Source of the DNA: an uncultured virus (IMG/VR IMGVR_UViG_3300032268_000966)
Taxonomy: Duplodnaviria > Heunggongvirae > Uroviricota > Caudoviricetes
Length of the DNA: 20,000 nucleotides
IMG/VR virus record: IMGVR_UViG_3300032268_000966
Reading direction: 5' to 3' (one strand)
Shown here: piece after piece, positions 1-8,272 of the stretch
How the letters are laid out: each line of letters opens with the position of its first letter
Position numbering within the stretch: the stretch's first letter is position 1
Program-made: the position numbers and the translations under genes
The notes under the pieces: model-generated
Told to the model about the DNA's origin: nothing
Databases searched by the model: none
Seen by the model: the letters and a program-made list of their open reading frames with translations, nothing else

Positions 1-707
1 CTATCTCCACTCTTACCGTGATTCAAATGAAATATATAATGGTCTAATACTTGGATGTTAGAATAAAATGAGGCTTTCTTCATTACGTTTGTATCAATAC
101 CACATCCAAACAATATTGATTCTTCAAAACCTTTCATTTGGTTCCATACGTTTTTGTGACCAATTTGATAGTCACCACAACAATTAATCAGGGACCATTT
201 ATCGGTTTCACTTTCAAGTCTTTCTTTAGTTCTATAACCATTACGGTTATCCCACAATGATTTATATAAACTATTATAGTCGTTAAATGATAGGTGAAAT
301 GATTCATCAACATCTCTTCTTGGAACGGTATAAAATACGTCTTCTTTTAATATAGAATTGTCAAGTGGAGTTGTAACAATATCGATATTAGTTGAAATAA
401 TATAATCGTTAGATACTCGTCTTAGTGCAATGTTTCTACTAATAGATTCTATCATTGAGTAGTTAACAATGTGCGGATATTTCTCAGTTAAAAATTCTTT
501 TGGGACTTGGATATACTTTAACTTTTTTGTGTGAGGTAAATTATGTTTTATATTAGAAATAACTCCTTCACTGTTTTTGGTTTTCCAATCTACAAAAACA
601 ACTTCATCATGATGTTCAATTAATGATGTTAATCCCATAGTAGTCCTCTTATGTAGATTACCACCATAATTATCATTTCTTGATGCTAATATTACAGATT
701 TTTTCAT
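1..707 (-). CDS. GT-A fold (GT2-like) glycosyltransferase, 3'-truncated by the window edge; paralog of 704..1570
   Basis: Not in the ORF track; translated by hand from ATG at 707 (ATGA overlap with the TGA of the upstream gene): MKKSVILASRNDNYGGNLHKR...VVFVDWK...RNIALRRVSNDYIISTNIDIV...CCGDYQIGHK...KGFEE...IFHLNHGKSGD, open to the window edge. Layout of beta1, DW, RN..LR, TNxD and HxxH is GT2-like. Confidence 0.75.
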   Translation of the reverse strand, partial: MKKSVILASRNDNYGGNLHKRTTMGLTSLIEHHDEVVFVDWKTKNSEGVISNIKHNLPHTKKLKYIQVPKEFLTEKYPHIVNYSMIESISRNIALRRVSNDYIISTNIDIVTTPLDNSILKEDVFYTVPRRDVDESFHLSFNDYNSLYKSLWDNRNGYRTKERLESETDKWSLINCCGDYQIGHKNVWNQMKGFEESILFGCGIDTNVMKKASFYSNIQVLDHYIFHLNHGKSGD

Positions 708-1570
708 AATTCAGTTACAGATATTTTATCATTACCTAATAGACCCCAAGAATCATCTTTGACATGTGAATCGCTTACTTGGGTGGACATTCGGCCAACA
801 ACTCCTTCTCTAGAATGGTCTATGTGTATAGATACTGTAGGTAATATAAATTGTTTTAATCCCAACTTAACAAAATCTTTAAGTATTAATCCGTCAAATA
901 AACCATATGTATAATGTTCAACATATCCCTTAACTTTTTGAAAATTAGATTTACTAACACCTAAAAAATCACCACTAGCACCTTCATGGTTTATATCCCA
1001 ATAAAATCCTTTATCTAATGATAGATAGTCCTTAGGTAATGTTAAATTGTGTGATGGTGTTGAATAAAAATGTAATGGATTTTCGATTAAAGAACGACCG
1101 TCGATTACATCAACGTCAATGTTACCAACATAAGGTAATCTTACATCGTATCGACATAATCTCATAAAAATATTTTCAGATATATTATCTTCAATATGAG
1201 ACCATAATTCAGGGAAGAAAAAATTATCAGGATTTGTAAAAATTAAATAATTTCCTGAAGAATGCCTTGCCCCAACATTTTTACCGTAATACTCAAATAA
1301 TTTAAAAAGTTTTGAGCCAACAATATTATTGTGTGTTTCTGATGGTACTGTTATAATTTTTGTATCAATATTTTTAGGAAATAAATATTTATATTGTTCG
1401 TAGAAAGGTAATCTATCATTTGGAGGATTCCAATCAACTAAAATTAGTTCATAATTTTGTTTATTTTTTATTTGGTTTAACCCATTAAAAAAAACTTTAG
1501 TTCTTAAATCTTGATATGCACCATATTCGTCATTTCTGGTTACACAAATAATTGAAATCTTATTCATCAT
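704..1570 (-). CDS. GT-A fold (GT2-like) glycosyltransferase
   Basis: KISIICVTRND start, YELILVDW, KNVGARHSSGNYLIFTNPD (DxD-equivalent region), GDFLGVSK..F.KVKGYVE, IHIDH. Confidence 0.75.
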   Translation of the reverse strand: MMNKISIICVTRNDEYGAYQDLRTKVFFNGLNQIKNKQNYELILVDWNPPNDRLPFYEQYKYLFPKNIDTKIITVPSETHNNIVGSKLFKLFEYYGKNVGARHSSGNYLIFTNPDNFFFPELWSHIEDNISENIFMRLCRYDVRLPYVGNIDVDVIDGRSLIENPLHFYSTPSHNLTLPKDYLSLDKGFYWDINHEGASGDFLGVSKSNFQKVKGYVEHYTYGLFDGLILKDFVKLGLKQFILPTVSIHIDHSREGVVGRMSTQVSDSHVKDDSWGLLGNDKISVTEL

Positions 1571-2220
1571 ATTTTTTTATAAAGTTTGTCACAAAACATT
1601 TTTCCATTTACCGAACTTCTATGGTGTGAACTATCTTTAATAAACTCAAAACCTTTTGATAGAATATGGTCATTAACTTTAGTTTCAAATTCAGAGCCTA
1701 AGTCAGATACTTCAATTATAATATAAGTAAAATTTTTGATTTCGTCACCAATACCTTCAAGTACTTGTAATTCAGCTCCTTCAGTATCAATGTTTAATAA
1801 ATCATAGTTATCAAACTTAAAACCTTCTCTTTGGAATAAAGTTTTAATGGTGATAGTTCTGGTTTTAATAACTTCTCCTTTTTGTTCAATTAGTGAACTT
1901 GAATCCTGATTGTTTGGCGGACAATATAAATCCAAATCTAAATCATCAACATTCCACGCTGCAAGATTATAAATTTTTTGGCCAAACTGTTCAATTTCAT
2001 TTCTAAATCTTTCATAAGACCTAGGGTTTGCTTCTAAAAATATTGAGTTGTCACCACAGTAGTGAGCATATTGTTTTGACTCCCAAGCATCCCAAGCACC
2101 TATGTGTAAGACTCCTTTCGGAGTCCAATTCAAATTATAAAATAAACCTTTGTTGTTTCCAAAATTATCAGTCCCAACAGGATTAGGGTCTTTATCCCAA
2201 AATGCTCCAAATAAACTCAT
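1567..2220 (-). CDS. FkbM-family SAM-dependent methyltransferase
   Basis: VLHIGAWDA motif I, FLEANP, LLNIDTEGAELQVLEG, IIIEV: characteristic FkbM/Methyltransf_21 pattern. Confidence 0.88.
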   Translation of the reverse strand: MSLFGAFWDKDPNPVGTDNFGNNKGLFYNLNWTPKGVLHIGAWDAWESKQYAHYCGDNSIFLEANPRSYERFRNEIEQFGQKIYNLAAWNVDDLDLDLYCPPNNQDSSSLIEQKGEVIKTRTITIKTLFQREGFKFDNYDLLNIDTEGAELQVLEGIGDEIKNFTYIIIEVSDLGSEFETKVNDHILSKGFEFIKDSSHHRSSVNGKMFCDKLYKKI

Positions 2221-2221
2221 G

Positions 2222-2893
2222 TTATTTTCTTTTTAAAATTATTTCTTCGGTTGCGTGACCAACGTTAGTAATTTGAACAATTTCCCAATCAGGTGCATTT
2301 TCACGTATCCATTTTTCACTTATAAAAACTACTCGAATTATTTCTTTACCATTCCAATTTTCAAAATTCGCCTGAGGGTTTCCGTCATGTTTATGTCTAT
2401 CTTCATCATTTAACATCCCATCATACATAACAAAAATACAACCTGTATTTGCAACCTCAGCTAAATTTTTAAAAACATCTGATTTAAATTCTAAAGGAAT
2501 ATGAGGAAGAACTGCATTGGTAAACATGAAATCAAATTTAATTGGAAACTTATCTGCAAAACTTTCCGTTAAATCGGATTGAACAAATTTTAAATTTTCT
2601 TTTTCATATTGTTTAGCGTAATTGATTCTATTATTGGATAAATCAATTCCATAAGTTTTTTCAAAAGTTTCACTTAAAACTCTGGTAAAATACCCTTGGG
2701 CACAACCAACGTCTAAACAATTTTTATTAATATTTTTATCTATTAAATTTTCAATTTTTGGAATTAAATTTTCTTTCATCCAATTAACATTTCTTTCAGG
2801 GTAACCTGTTTCAGAGCCAGGAGTTCCTTGTGGATTAATTAAACTTTCGTCTTCGAAATAGTTTTTTAACGCTTCTTTTATATTATCTATCAT
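2222..2893 (-). CDS. Class I SAM-dependent methyltransferase
   Basis: CLDVGCAQGYFT, YGIDLS, FVQSDL, FDFMFTNAVLPHIP. Confidence 0.88.
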   Translation of the reverse strand: MIDNIKEALKNYFEDESLINPQGTPGSETGYPERNVNWMKENLIPKIENLIDKNINKNCLDVGCAQGYFTRVLSETFEKTYGIDLSNNRINYAKQYEKENLKFVQSDLTESFADKFPIKFDFMFTNAVLPHIPLEFKSDVFKNLAEVANTGCIFVMYDGMLNDEDRHKHDGNPQANFENWNGKEIIRVVFISEKWIRENAPDWEIVQITNVGHATEEIILKRK

Positions 2894-2894
2894 A

Positions 2895-3278
2895 TTATTT
2901 ATATTTTACATATTCTTTTACTTCTCTAATTTCAGAATCAGTAAATTTATTAATTTCGTTTTTTAATCTAAACCTTTCGTCATTTGTGAAATAAACTTTT
3001 CTTGCAAAATCGATGAACTCACCCTCAAATCTTTTTTCGGTTTCTAACACTCTTAACCTATCTTCAATATCCCAAAGTTTTGAGTTAATGTCAACTAATT
3101 GATGATATAAAGACTCAATTTCAGGTTGGTCTAAATAACCTGATGATAAATTGTAAAGAAGTTCAAATTCTTTATTTATATATTCTAACTTTTCCTCGTT
3201 AGTGATTTTTGTTTGTTTTACGTGTAAGATGGATAATTTGTCAATTAACTCACCAACACTTACTGGTGATTGAATCAT
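2895..3278 (-). CDS. DUF6165-like protein (small helical protein found near glycosylation genes)
   Basis: PVSVGELIDKLSIL..K, VDINSKLWDIEDRLR, FARKVYFTNDERFRLKNEIN, EVKEY: matches my recollection of the DUF6165 consensus. Confidence 0.75.
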   Translation of the reverse strand: MIQSPVSVGELIDKLSILHVKQTKITNEEKLEYINKEFELLYNLSSGYLDQPEIESLYHQLVDINSKLWDIEDRLRVLETEKRFEGEFIDFARKVYFTNDERFRLKNEINKFTDSEIREVKEYVKYK

Positions 3279-3982
3279 AATATGTATGTTAAGTCTTTGT
3301 CGAACATATGTTCAACTTGATGAAAACTTGGTGGGTTATGTCTTGAATAAACCGTAACATTTTTCAAACCAAGTTTTGAGATTATGTAGAGAATTGATGT
3401 CTCTACGGTATAAATGTGTTTAGCCTTTAATAAAAGTCCAATCCAATCGAATAAATTATCCCAACCAAGATATTCCATCTCGACTGAGTTTTCATATTTT
3501 CCCATATGTGGACATGGTTTTGAATGTGGAGGTGAGCCAAACATTCTGTTAACAAAAACAAATTCTTTATCTTGTACACCATAGTGGTCAATAAGTTTTT
3601 GTTCTCTTTCTAAATTTCTTTCAAACTCGAAATAATCTAACCAGTCAGATGAGTCTATACTAACCATTTTATATTTTGCCTGCATAACAGAAATGTCAGG
3701 GAAATGTCTATCAAAATGTTGTATTGGTAGATAAATTGAATCATCAGCAATTTGTACAGGTTTACTGTACCCTTCCAAATAGATGTTTTTGTGAGGGAAA
3801 TTTTCATTTTCAGTTACAAATTTCAATCCATCAACTTTAATGTAGTTTTTGATAAATTCAAACTGTTGAATTACTGGCCACCAAACTTCATACCCTTTAG
3901 ATATTAAATCTTTGGCAATTTTTTGAGTGAAAAAAATATCTCCAATTCCCGCAGGCTGTCGTATTAAACAAATTTTAGACAT
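3275..3982 (-). CDS. Putative GT-B (GT9-like) glycosyltransferase
   Basis: N-terminal LIRQPAGIGDIFF (GxGD motif of heptosyltransferase-like proteins) and C-terminal FDWIGLLLKAKHIYTVETS resembling the GT9 'A..I.vDS' segment. Confidence 0.55.
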   Translation of the reverse strand: MSKICLIRQPAGIGDIFFTQKIAKDLISKGYEVWWPVIQQFEFIKNYIKVDGLKFVTENENFPHKNIYLEGYSKPVQIADDSIYLPIQHFDRHFPDISVMQAKYKMVSIDSSDWLDYFEFERNLEREQKLIDHYGVQDKEFVFVNRMFGSPPHSKPCPHMGKYENSVEMEYLGWDNLFDWIGLLLKAKHIYTVETSILYIISKLGLKNVTVYSRHNPPSFHQVEHMFDKDLTYIL

Positions 3983-4793
3983 AGTCTTTTAAGTGATTTT
4001 CAAAAATCCAATCGTCAAGAACACTGTATTTTTGTACTCTATCATAATTATCTTTAATAGCCTCTATTTTTGAATTATAAAGCTCTTCAGTTAGTGTTGT
4101 AATATCAAAAGTTCCATCAAAAAATATAATCCCATCTGAGTTAAAATATTCTGTAACTTTTGGAGTACCCATGTAAATTGGTATAGTACCAGTGGCAAAA
4201 CAATCTAATATTTTTTCTGTGAAATAAGTATCATAGGTGTCATTTTCAACACAGAATGAAAAACGGTAATCAACTAATCCAATTTCTTTGTTTGGGATTT
4301 CTTGGATACCTCTACCAAATACATCAATCTTATCTTGGTTTGCCATTGCAAAATCATGTCTGATTTCATGTTGGCGTGTCCATCTTTTATTTGATGTAAT
4401 CATAGATGCCATCTTAGTCTTTGGGTGTATTGCAAAGTCTTTAATGTAGACACCATAAGCGGGAGTCCATTTGAATTTAGGATTTAGTTGGAGTAGTTCA
4501 TCATTGTGAGTCCAAATTTGTTCAAAAGTCTCAAGAACCTCATCTAAATGTTTTTTAATATTATCTACCGCACCACCATCAAATCTTCTTGATTCAATAA
4601 TCCAAAGAAATTTTTTCTTAACTCCCCCATCAACTTTATGGTCTTCAATCCCTTTAAATAAATCATTATCTAAATAAACCGAAATAGGGTTATCGTAACT
4701 ATTAAAACACCACTCAATATGGACTGGTGGTTTATTGGCTGTTGAGCCTTTGTCATGAGAAAAATTTCTCGATAGCATATTTAACTTAACCAT
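3975..4793 (-). CDS. GT10-like (alpha-1,3/1,4-fucosyltransferase-type) glycosyltransferase
   Basis: IDVFGRG, K...L.DYRFSFCVENDTYDTYFTEKILDCFATGTIPIYMG = GT10 signature. Start more likely at 4793 (MVKLNML) or 4778 than at 4826, which would overlap the upstream gene by 46 nt. Confidence 0.8.
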   Translation of the reverse strand: MVKLNMLSRNFSHDKGSTANKPPVHIEWCFNSYDNPISVYLDNDLFKGIEDHKVDGGVKKKFLWIIESRRFDGGAVDNIKKHLDEVLETFEQIWTHNDELLQLNPKFKWTPAYGVYIKDFAIHPKTKMASMITSNKRWTRQHEIRHDFAMANQDKIDVFGRGIQEIPNKEIGLVDYRFSFCVENDTYDTYFTEKILDCFATGTIPIYMGTPKVTEYFNSDGIIFFDGTFDITTLTEELYNSKIEAIKDNYDRVQKYSVLDDWIFENHLKDYV

Positions 4794-5590
4794 CCGTCTT
4801 CGTATTTTACTTCTAATACAATCCAATTAGGTTCGTATATATCTTTATAGTTTCTTGGTCCTCTTGGTCCAAACCAAATTGAAGGAGCCACGATTTTCTT
4901 ATTAGGGTTAGGGTTCAAAAATGTACCCCACCATGAGAATGTAGAATTAACCATGATATGGTTTTTACATAATGACATTAACCACATCTCTCTATAATCA
5001 TCATCTTCAACGTAAGTTACGTTTTCAAACTTAAGATTTTCTTTAACCCAATCTTTGTCATCACTAAAAACAAATACATGAGAATATTCTCCAATTTCTT
5101 TAAGTGCTCTTTCAATATATATTTCATTTGCAATTGGATGAATGTCAGGATTCATAAAACAATCACCTCTACGAATGTGAACTGATAAAGTATTCTCTTG
5201 TTTTAGTTCAGGATGTTTTTCATACATCTCTTGAATAAATTCTTCTGTTGGAGAAAATATTTTTCTTATCTCGTCGTTATAACCAAAAAAGTTTTTGCTG
5301 CTTTGGAAGTACCCGTCAAACACAGTGTCGTGGTCTTTAGCGTAAACATCAATGTATTCCCATGGGCCTTCACTAACTTTTTCAAATCCGTCAATACTCT
5401 CAACAAATTTCATGTTTCTAAAGATATTATTAAGGTAGTTTTCAGTTTGTCTTCCTTGCATTGGTGTCCAAGAACGTGGTACAAAAACAGCCTCTCTGTT
5501 CAATTTCATTGCGTGTGATAATGCGTGTGCTGCTTGGAACATTTGATTTCCCAATCCACCCATTAAATTACATGATATTAAATTACTCAT
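4781..5590 (-). CDS. GT11 alpha-1,2-fucosyltransferase-like protein
   Basis: GGLGNQMFQ, DGYFQS, SVHIRRGD, FVFSDD, LMSLCKNHIMVNSTFSWWG: all GT11 motifs present. Confidence 0.93.
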   Translation of the reverse strand: MSNLISCNLMGGLGNQMFQAAHALSHAMKLNREAVFVPRSWTPMQGRQTENYLNNIFRNMKFVESIDGFEKVSEGPWEYIDVYAKDHDTVFDGYFQSSKNFFGYNDEIRKIFSPTEEFIQEMYEKHPELKQENTLSVHIRRGDCFMNPDIHPIANEIYIERALKEIGEYSHVFVFSDDKDWVKENLKFENVTYVEDDDYREMWLMSLCKNHIMVNSTFSWWGTFLNPNPNKKIVAPSIWFGPRGPRNYKDIYEPNWIVLEVKYEDGWLS

Positions 5591-6315
5591 CTAATTAATT
5601 TTTTTAATTTGGTTTTATTTCTTATTATGTTTGAACATCTTTCTTGTTCTTGGTGACCTCCACCTGTTGCACTTCCGACCTTATGGTCATTGTATGGGGA
5701 ACCCGCGTTATAAACATAATATAGGTTTGGTAAAAATCTATAATTCTCTTTTCCAGCTAATTCTAATAATGAGAATGTATATGCAACATCTGCTGCTGAT
5801 TTGAAATAACTTCCGTCATCGTCTCTCAAATAATCTTGAGGAATTGACTTCCATAAAAACGTTTTCCAAGTTCTTAGATGTGAAAATCTAAATGCGTCTT
5901 TTCTTACAGTATCTGGATTACATTCTGATGAAAACCCTGAATTTCCGTCAGAGTACATAAATGAACCGTTAGTTAACCAAATTGTTTTATCTGAGTAAAC
6001 TTTTCTAATATCACTGACAACTTCATTACTAAGTAAAAAATCATCACCGTCAATTTCAATTACAATATCTTCATTATCAAAAGTTGAAATTAATTCGTCT
6101 AAGTTTTTTAACTTAAACTTTTTTTCTGTATTAATTATAAGTTTAAACCTATCGTCTCCTTTAATTAAATTTTTAACAACCTCAACCGTATTATCAGTTG
6201 ACATGTCGTCAATTAGATAAACTTCAAATTCATTATCTTTTTGGGTTTTTAAAGTCCTAATACAATTTTTAATGTAATTTTCAGCATTCCAAAAACAACA
6301 AACAAATTTTATCAT
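5587..6315 (-). CDS. GT2 glycosyltransferase
   Basis: FWNAENYIKNCI, YLIDDMSTDNT, EIDGDDFL (DxDD), SAADVA. Confidence 0.9.
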   Translation of the reverse strand: MIKFVCCFWNAENYIKNCIRTLKTQKDNEFEVYLIDDMSTDNTVEVVKNLIKGDDRFKLIINTEKKFKLKNLDELISTFDNEDIVIEIDGDDFLLSNEVVSDIRKVYSDKTIWLTNGSFMYSDGNSGFSSECNPDTVRKDAFRFSHLRTWKTFLWKSIPQDYLRDDDGSYFKSAADVAYTFSLLELAGKENYRFLPNLYYVYNAGSPYNDHKVGSATGGGHQEQERCSNIIRNKTKLKKLIR

Positions 6316-7472
6316 TGTAAATTAATAACGTATCCTTCAGGTGTTGTACCTTGTTTATAGAATTTAAGTCTACCATTGTAAGATTCACTTAATGAGTGTA
6401 AGTTTTTAACTACCTCATCAATTTCGATAACATTAACCAAATAACCTTCATCTAATAAATCTATACATAATTTGAATTGTTGGGATTCTTCTAAAATATC
6501 TGTACCTCTTTTATATGTTATGTAATTCATAACAAATGGATTTTCTTTATTAGGGTTTAATGACATGTAATGGTTTTTTAGGAACAACGCGTGTTCTGTA
6601 TTAAAGTCATCCACAGTTAATGGTAAATTTAATTCCATACCTAAATTCTTAGCATAATATCCTAATGCTCGATTATCTCTTGGAAGACAAGGTCCTCCAA
6701 ACCCAAACCCGTATTTCATATATTTTTTACCAACTCTTGTATCTCCACCAATAGCACTTAACACTGTGTCAATTTCTAAGTTTAATCCTGATTTCATTAG
6801 GATATCACCCATCATGTTGGCGTAACTAATTTTAGTTGTTAAAAAACAATTAATTCCAATTTTTGTAATTTCTGCAGCCTTTGGACTCATAATATGAGCG
6901 TTGACAGAAGTTGTTTGTATTTTTTCGTAAATTTTAATTAGAAGATTTCCTAACTCAGGATAATCAGTTCCAATCAAAACAATATCAGATTGTTCAAGAC
7001 CTTTTACAATTTCCCCTTGAGCAATAAACTCTGGATTGTATGCCACTTGAGTATTAAAGACCGCAAGCTTCTTTTGAATTTGTTCGGTGTCACCAGGATT
7101 AGTAGTACACCCAATTATGAATTTTTTATCGTGAATAGGTAAATTTAATTGGGAAACCGTGAAAAAATCATTAGCTACCTCAAAAACTTTGGATGTATCG
7201 TAATTACCATCCACGGTTGATGGAGTAGAGACAAATGTGAATATTACATCACATTGTTTAATTATTTCAATGTTATCTGTAGTTGCACTAAAGTTATGTA
7301 CATCAAATAACATTTTTTGAATCTCAGGTTCATTAGTTAAACAAACTCCTTGATTTAAATTTTGTACATAATCTTCTCTTTTATCAGACACGAGTACATT
7401 GTATCCCGCCTTCTCACATAATAAAGCGAAAGTTAATCCTAATCTTCCTGCCCCAATAATTCCTATTTTCAT
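6312..7472 (-). CDS. ugd: UDP-glucose/GDP-mannose 6-dehydrogenase family protein
   Basis: IGIIGAGRLG Rossmann motif, FVSTPS, YNPEFIAQG, AEITKIGINCFLTTKISYAN, GFGGPCLPRD (catalytic Cys); C-terminal domain short and divergent. Confidence 0.88.
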   Translation of the reverse strand: MKIGIIGAGRLGLTFALLCEKAGYNVLVSDKREDYVQNLNQGVCLTNEPEIQKMLFDVHNFSATTDNIEIIKQCDVIFTFVSTPSTVDGNYDTSKVFEVANDFFTVSQLNLPIHDKKFIIGCTTNPGDTEQIQKKLAVFNTQVAYNPEFIAQGEIVKGLEQSDIVLIGTDYPELGNLLIKIYEKIQTTSVNAHIMSPKAAEITKIGINCFLTTKISYANMMGDILMKSGLNLEIDTVLSAIGGDTRVGKKYMKYGFGFGGPCLPRDNRALGYYAKNLGMELNLPLTVDDFNTEHALFLKNHYMSLNPNKENPFVMNYITYKRGTDILEESQQFKLCIDLLDEGYLVNVIEIDEVVKNLHSLSESYNGRLKFYKQGTTPEGYVINLQ

Positions 7473-8272
7473 ACGATATTATTTTCTTTTAAATCAAAAA
7501 TTGGTATTGAAACCATTTTATGTTTATTTTTTGTGTTGAAGTTTGCGTAAGTTGTAAGTATTGTTTTTTCTTTTTCTGTTAATTCTAATTGTTCTGACCA
7601 TTTATTCATACCATATTCCATAGCCCATTCAAGCTCATCATAAGTTGAACCTATTTGTGTTTCGTCAACTCTGTTGTCTTCCCATAGACCATCTGTTGGT
7701 TCAGCGTTAATTATTTCTTGAGGTACTCCTAATAACTTACCTAACTCTCTAACTTCTGATTTATATAAATCAGCAATAGGGGAAATATCTACTCCACCAT
7801 CACCATACTTAGTATAAAATCCAACACCGAAGTCTTCAACTTTATTTCCTGTACCAATTACAATACCACCAGATGAAGCCGCTATTTGATAAAGAGACAC
7901 CATTCGTAATCTTGATTTTGTATTTGCAAATCCAAGTTCAGAGTTAAACCTTTTATCAAATGCTTTATGAGATTTAAATGATTCAAATACGGGAGATAAA
8001 TCTATATAGTATCCCTCAACATTATCATATTTCGCACTTAAAAGTGAAATTTGTAAATCAGATAACTTTGTATTTTCAGGACTTGAGTTTATTGGCATTC
8101 CAACAACAATGGTCGGTATTCCTGTTTCAGCACATAATGTTGACACTACCGCTGAATCTATTCCACCTGAAACACCTACTACTAAAGTAGATATTCCATT
8201 TTCGTTTACGTAAGACTTAATCCAATCTTGTATTTTTATGGATAAGTTTTCATAGTCAATAATTCTATTCAT
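7469..8272 (-). CDS. nadE: NH3-dependent NAD+ synthetase
   Basis: VGVSGGIDSAV PP-loop, ANTKSRLRM, GTGNKVE, GFYTKYGDGGVDISPIADLYKSEV, PTDGLW, DETQIGSTYDELE, HKM; no glutaminase domain. Confidence 0.95.
   Translation of the reverse strand: MNRIIDYENLSIKIQDWIKSYVNENGISTLVVGVSGGIDSAVVSTLCAETGIPTIVVGMPINSSPENTKLSDLQISLLSAKYDNVEGYYIDLSPVFESFKSHKAFDKRFNSELGFANTKSRLRMVSLYQIAASSGGIVIGTGNKVEDFGVGFYTKYGDGGVDISPIADLYKSEVRELGKLLGVPQEIINAEPTDGLWEDNRVDETQIGSTYDELEWAMEYGMNKWSEQLELTEKEKTILTTYANFNTKNKHKMVSIPIFDLKENNIV

Noticed and set aside
4794..4826. Longer start for the GT10-like gene (MDCIRSKIRRR)
   Set aside because: Creates a 46-nt overlap with the GT11 gene; ATGs at 4793 or 4778 fit the operon's coupling pattern better.
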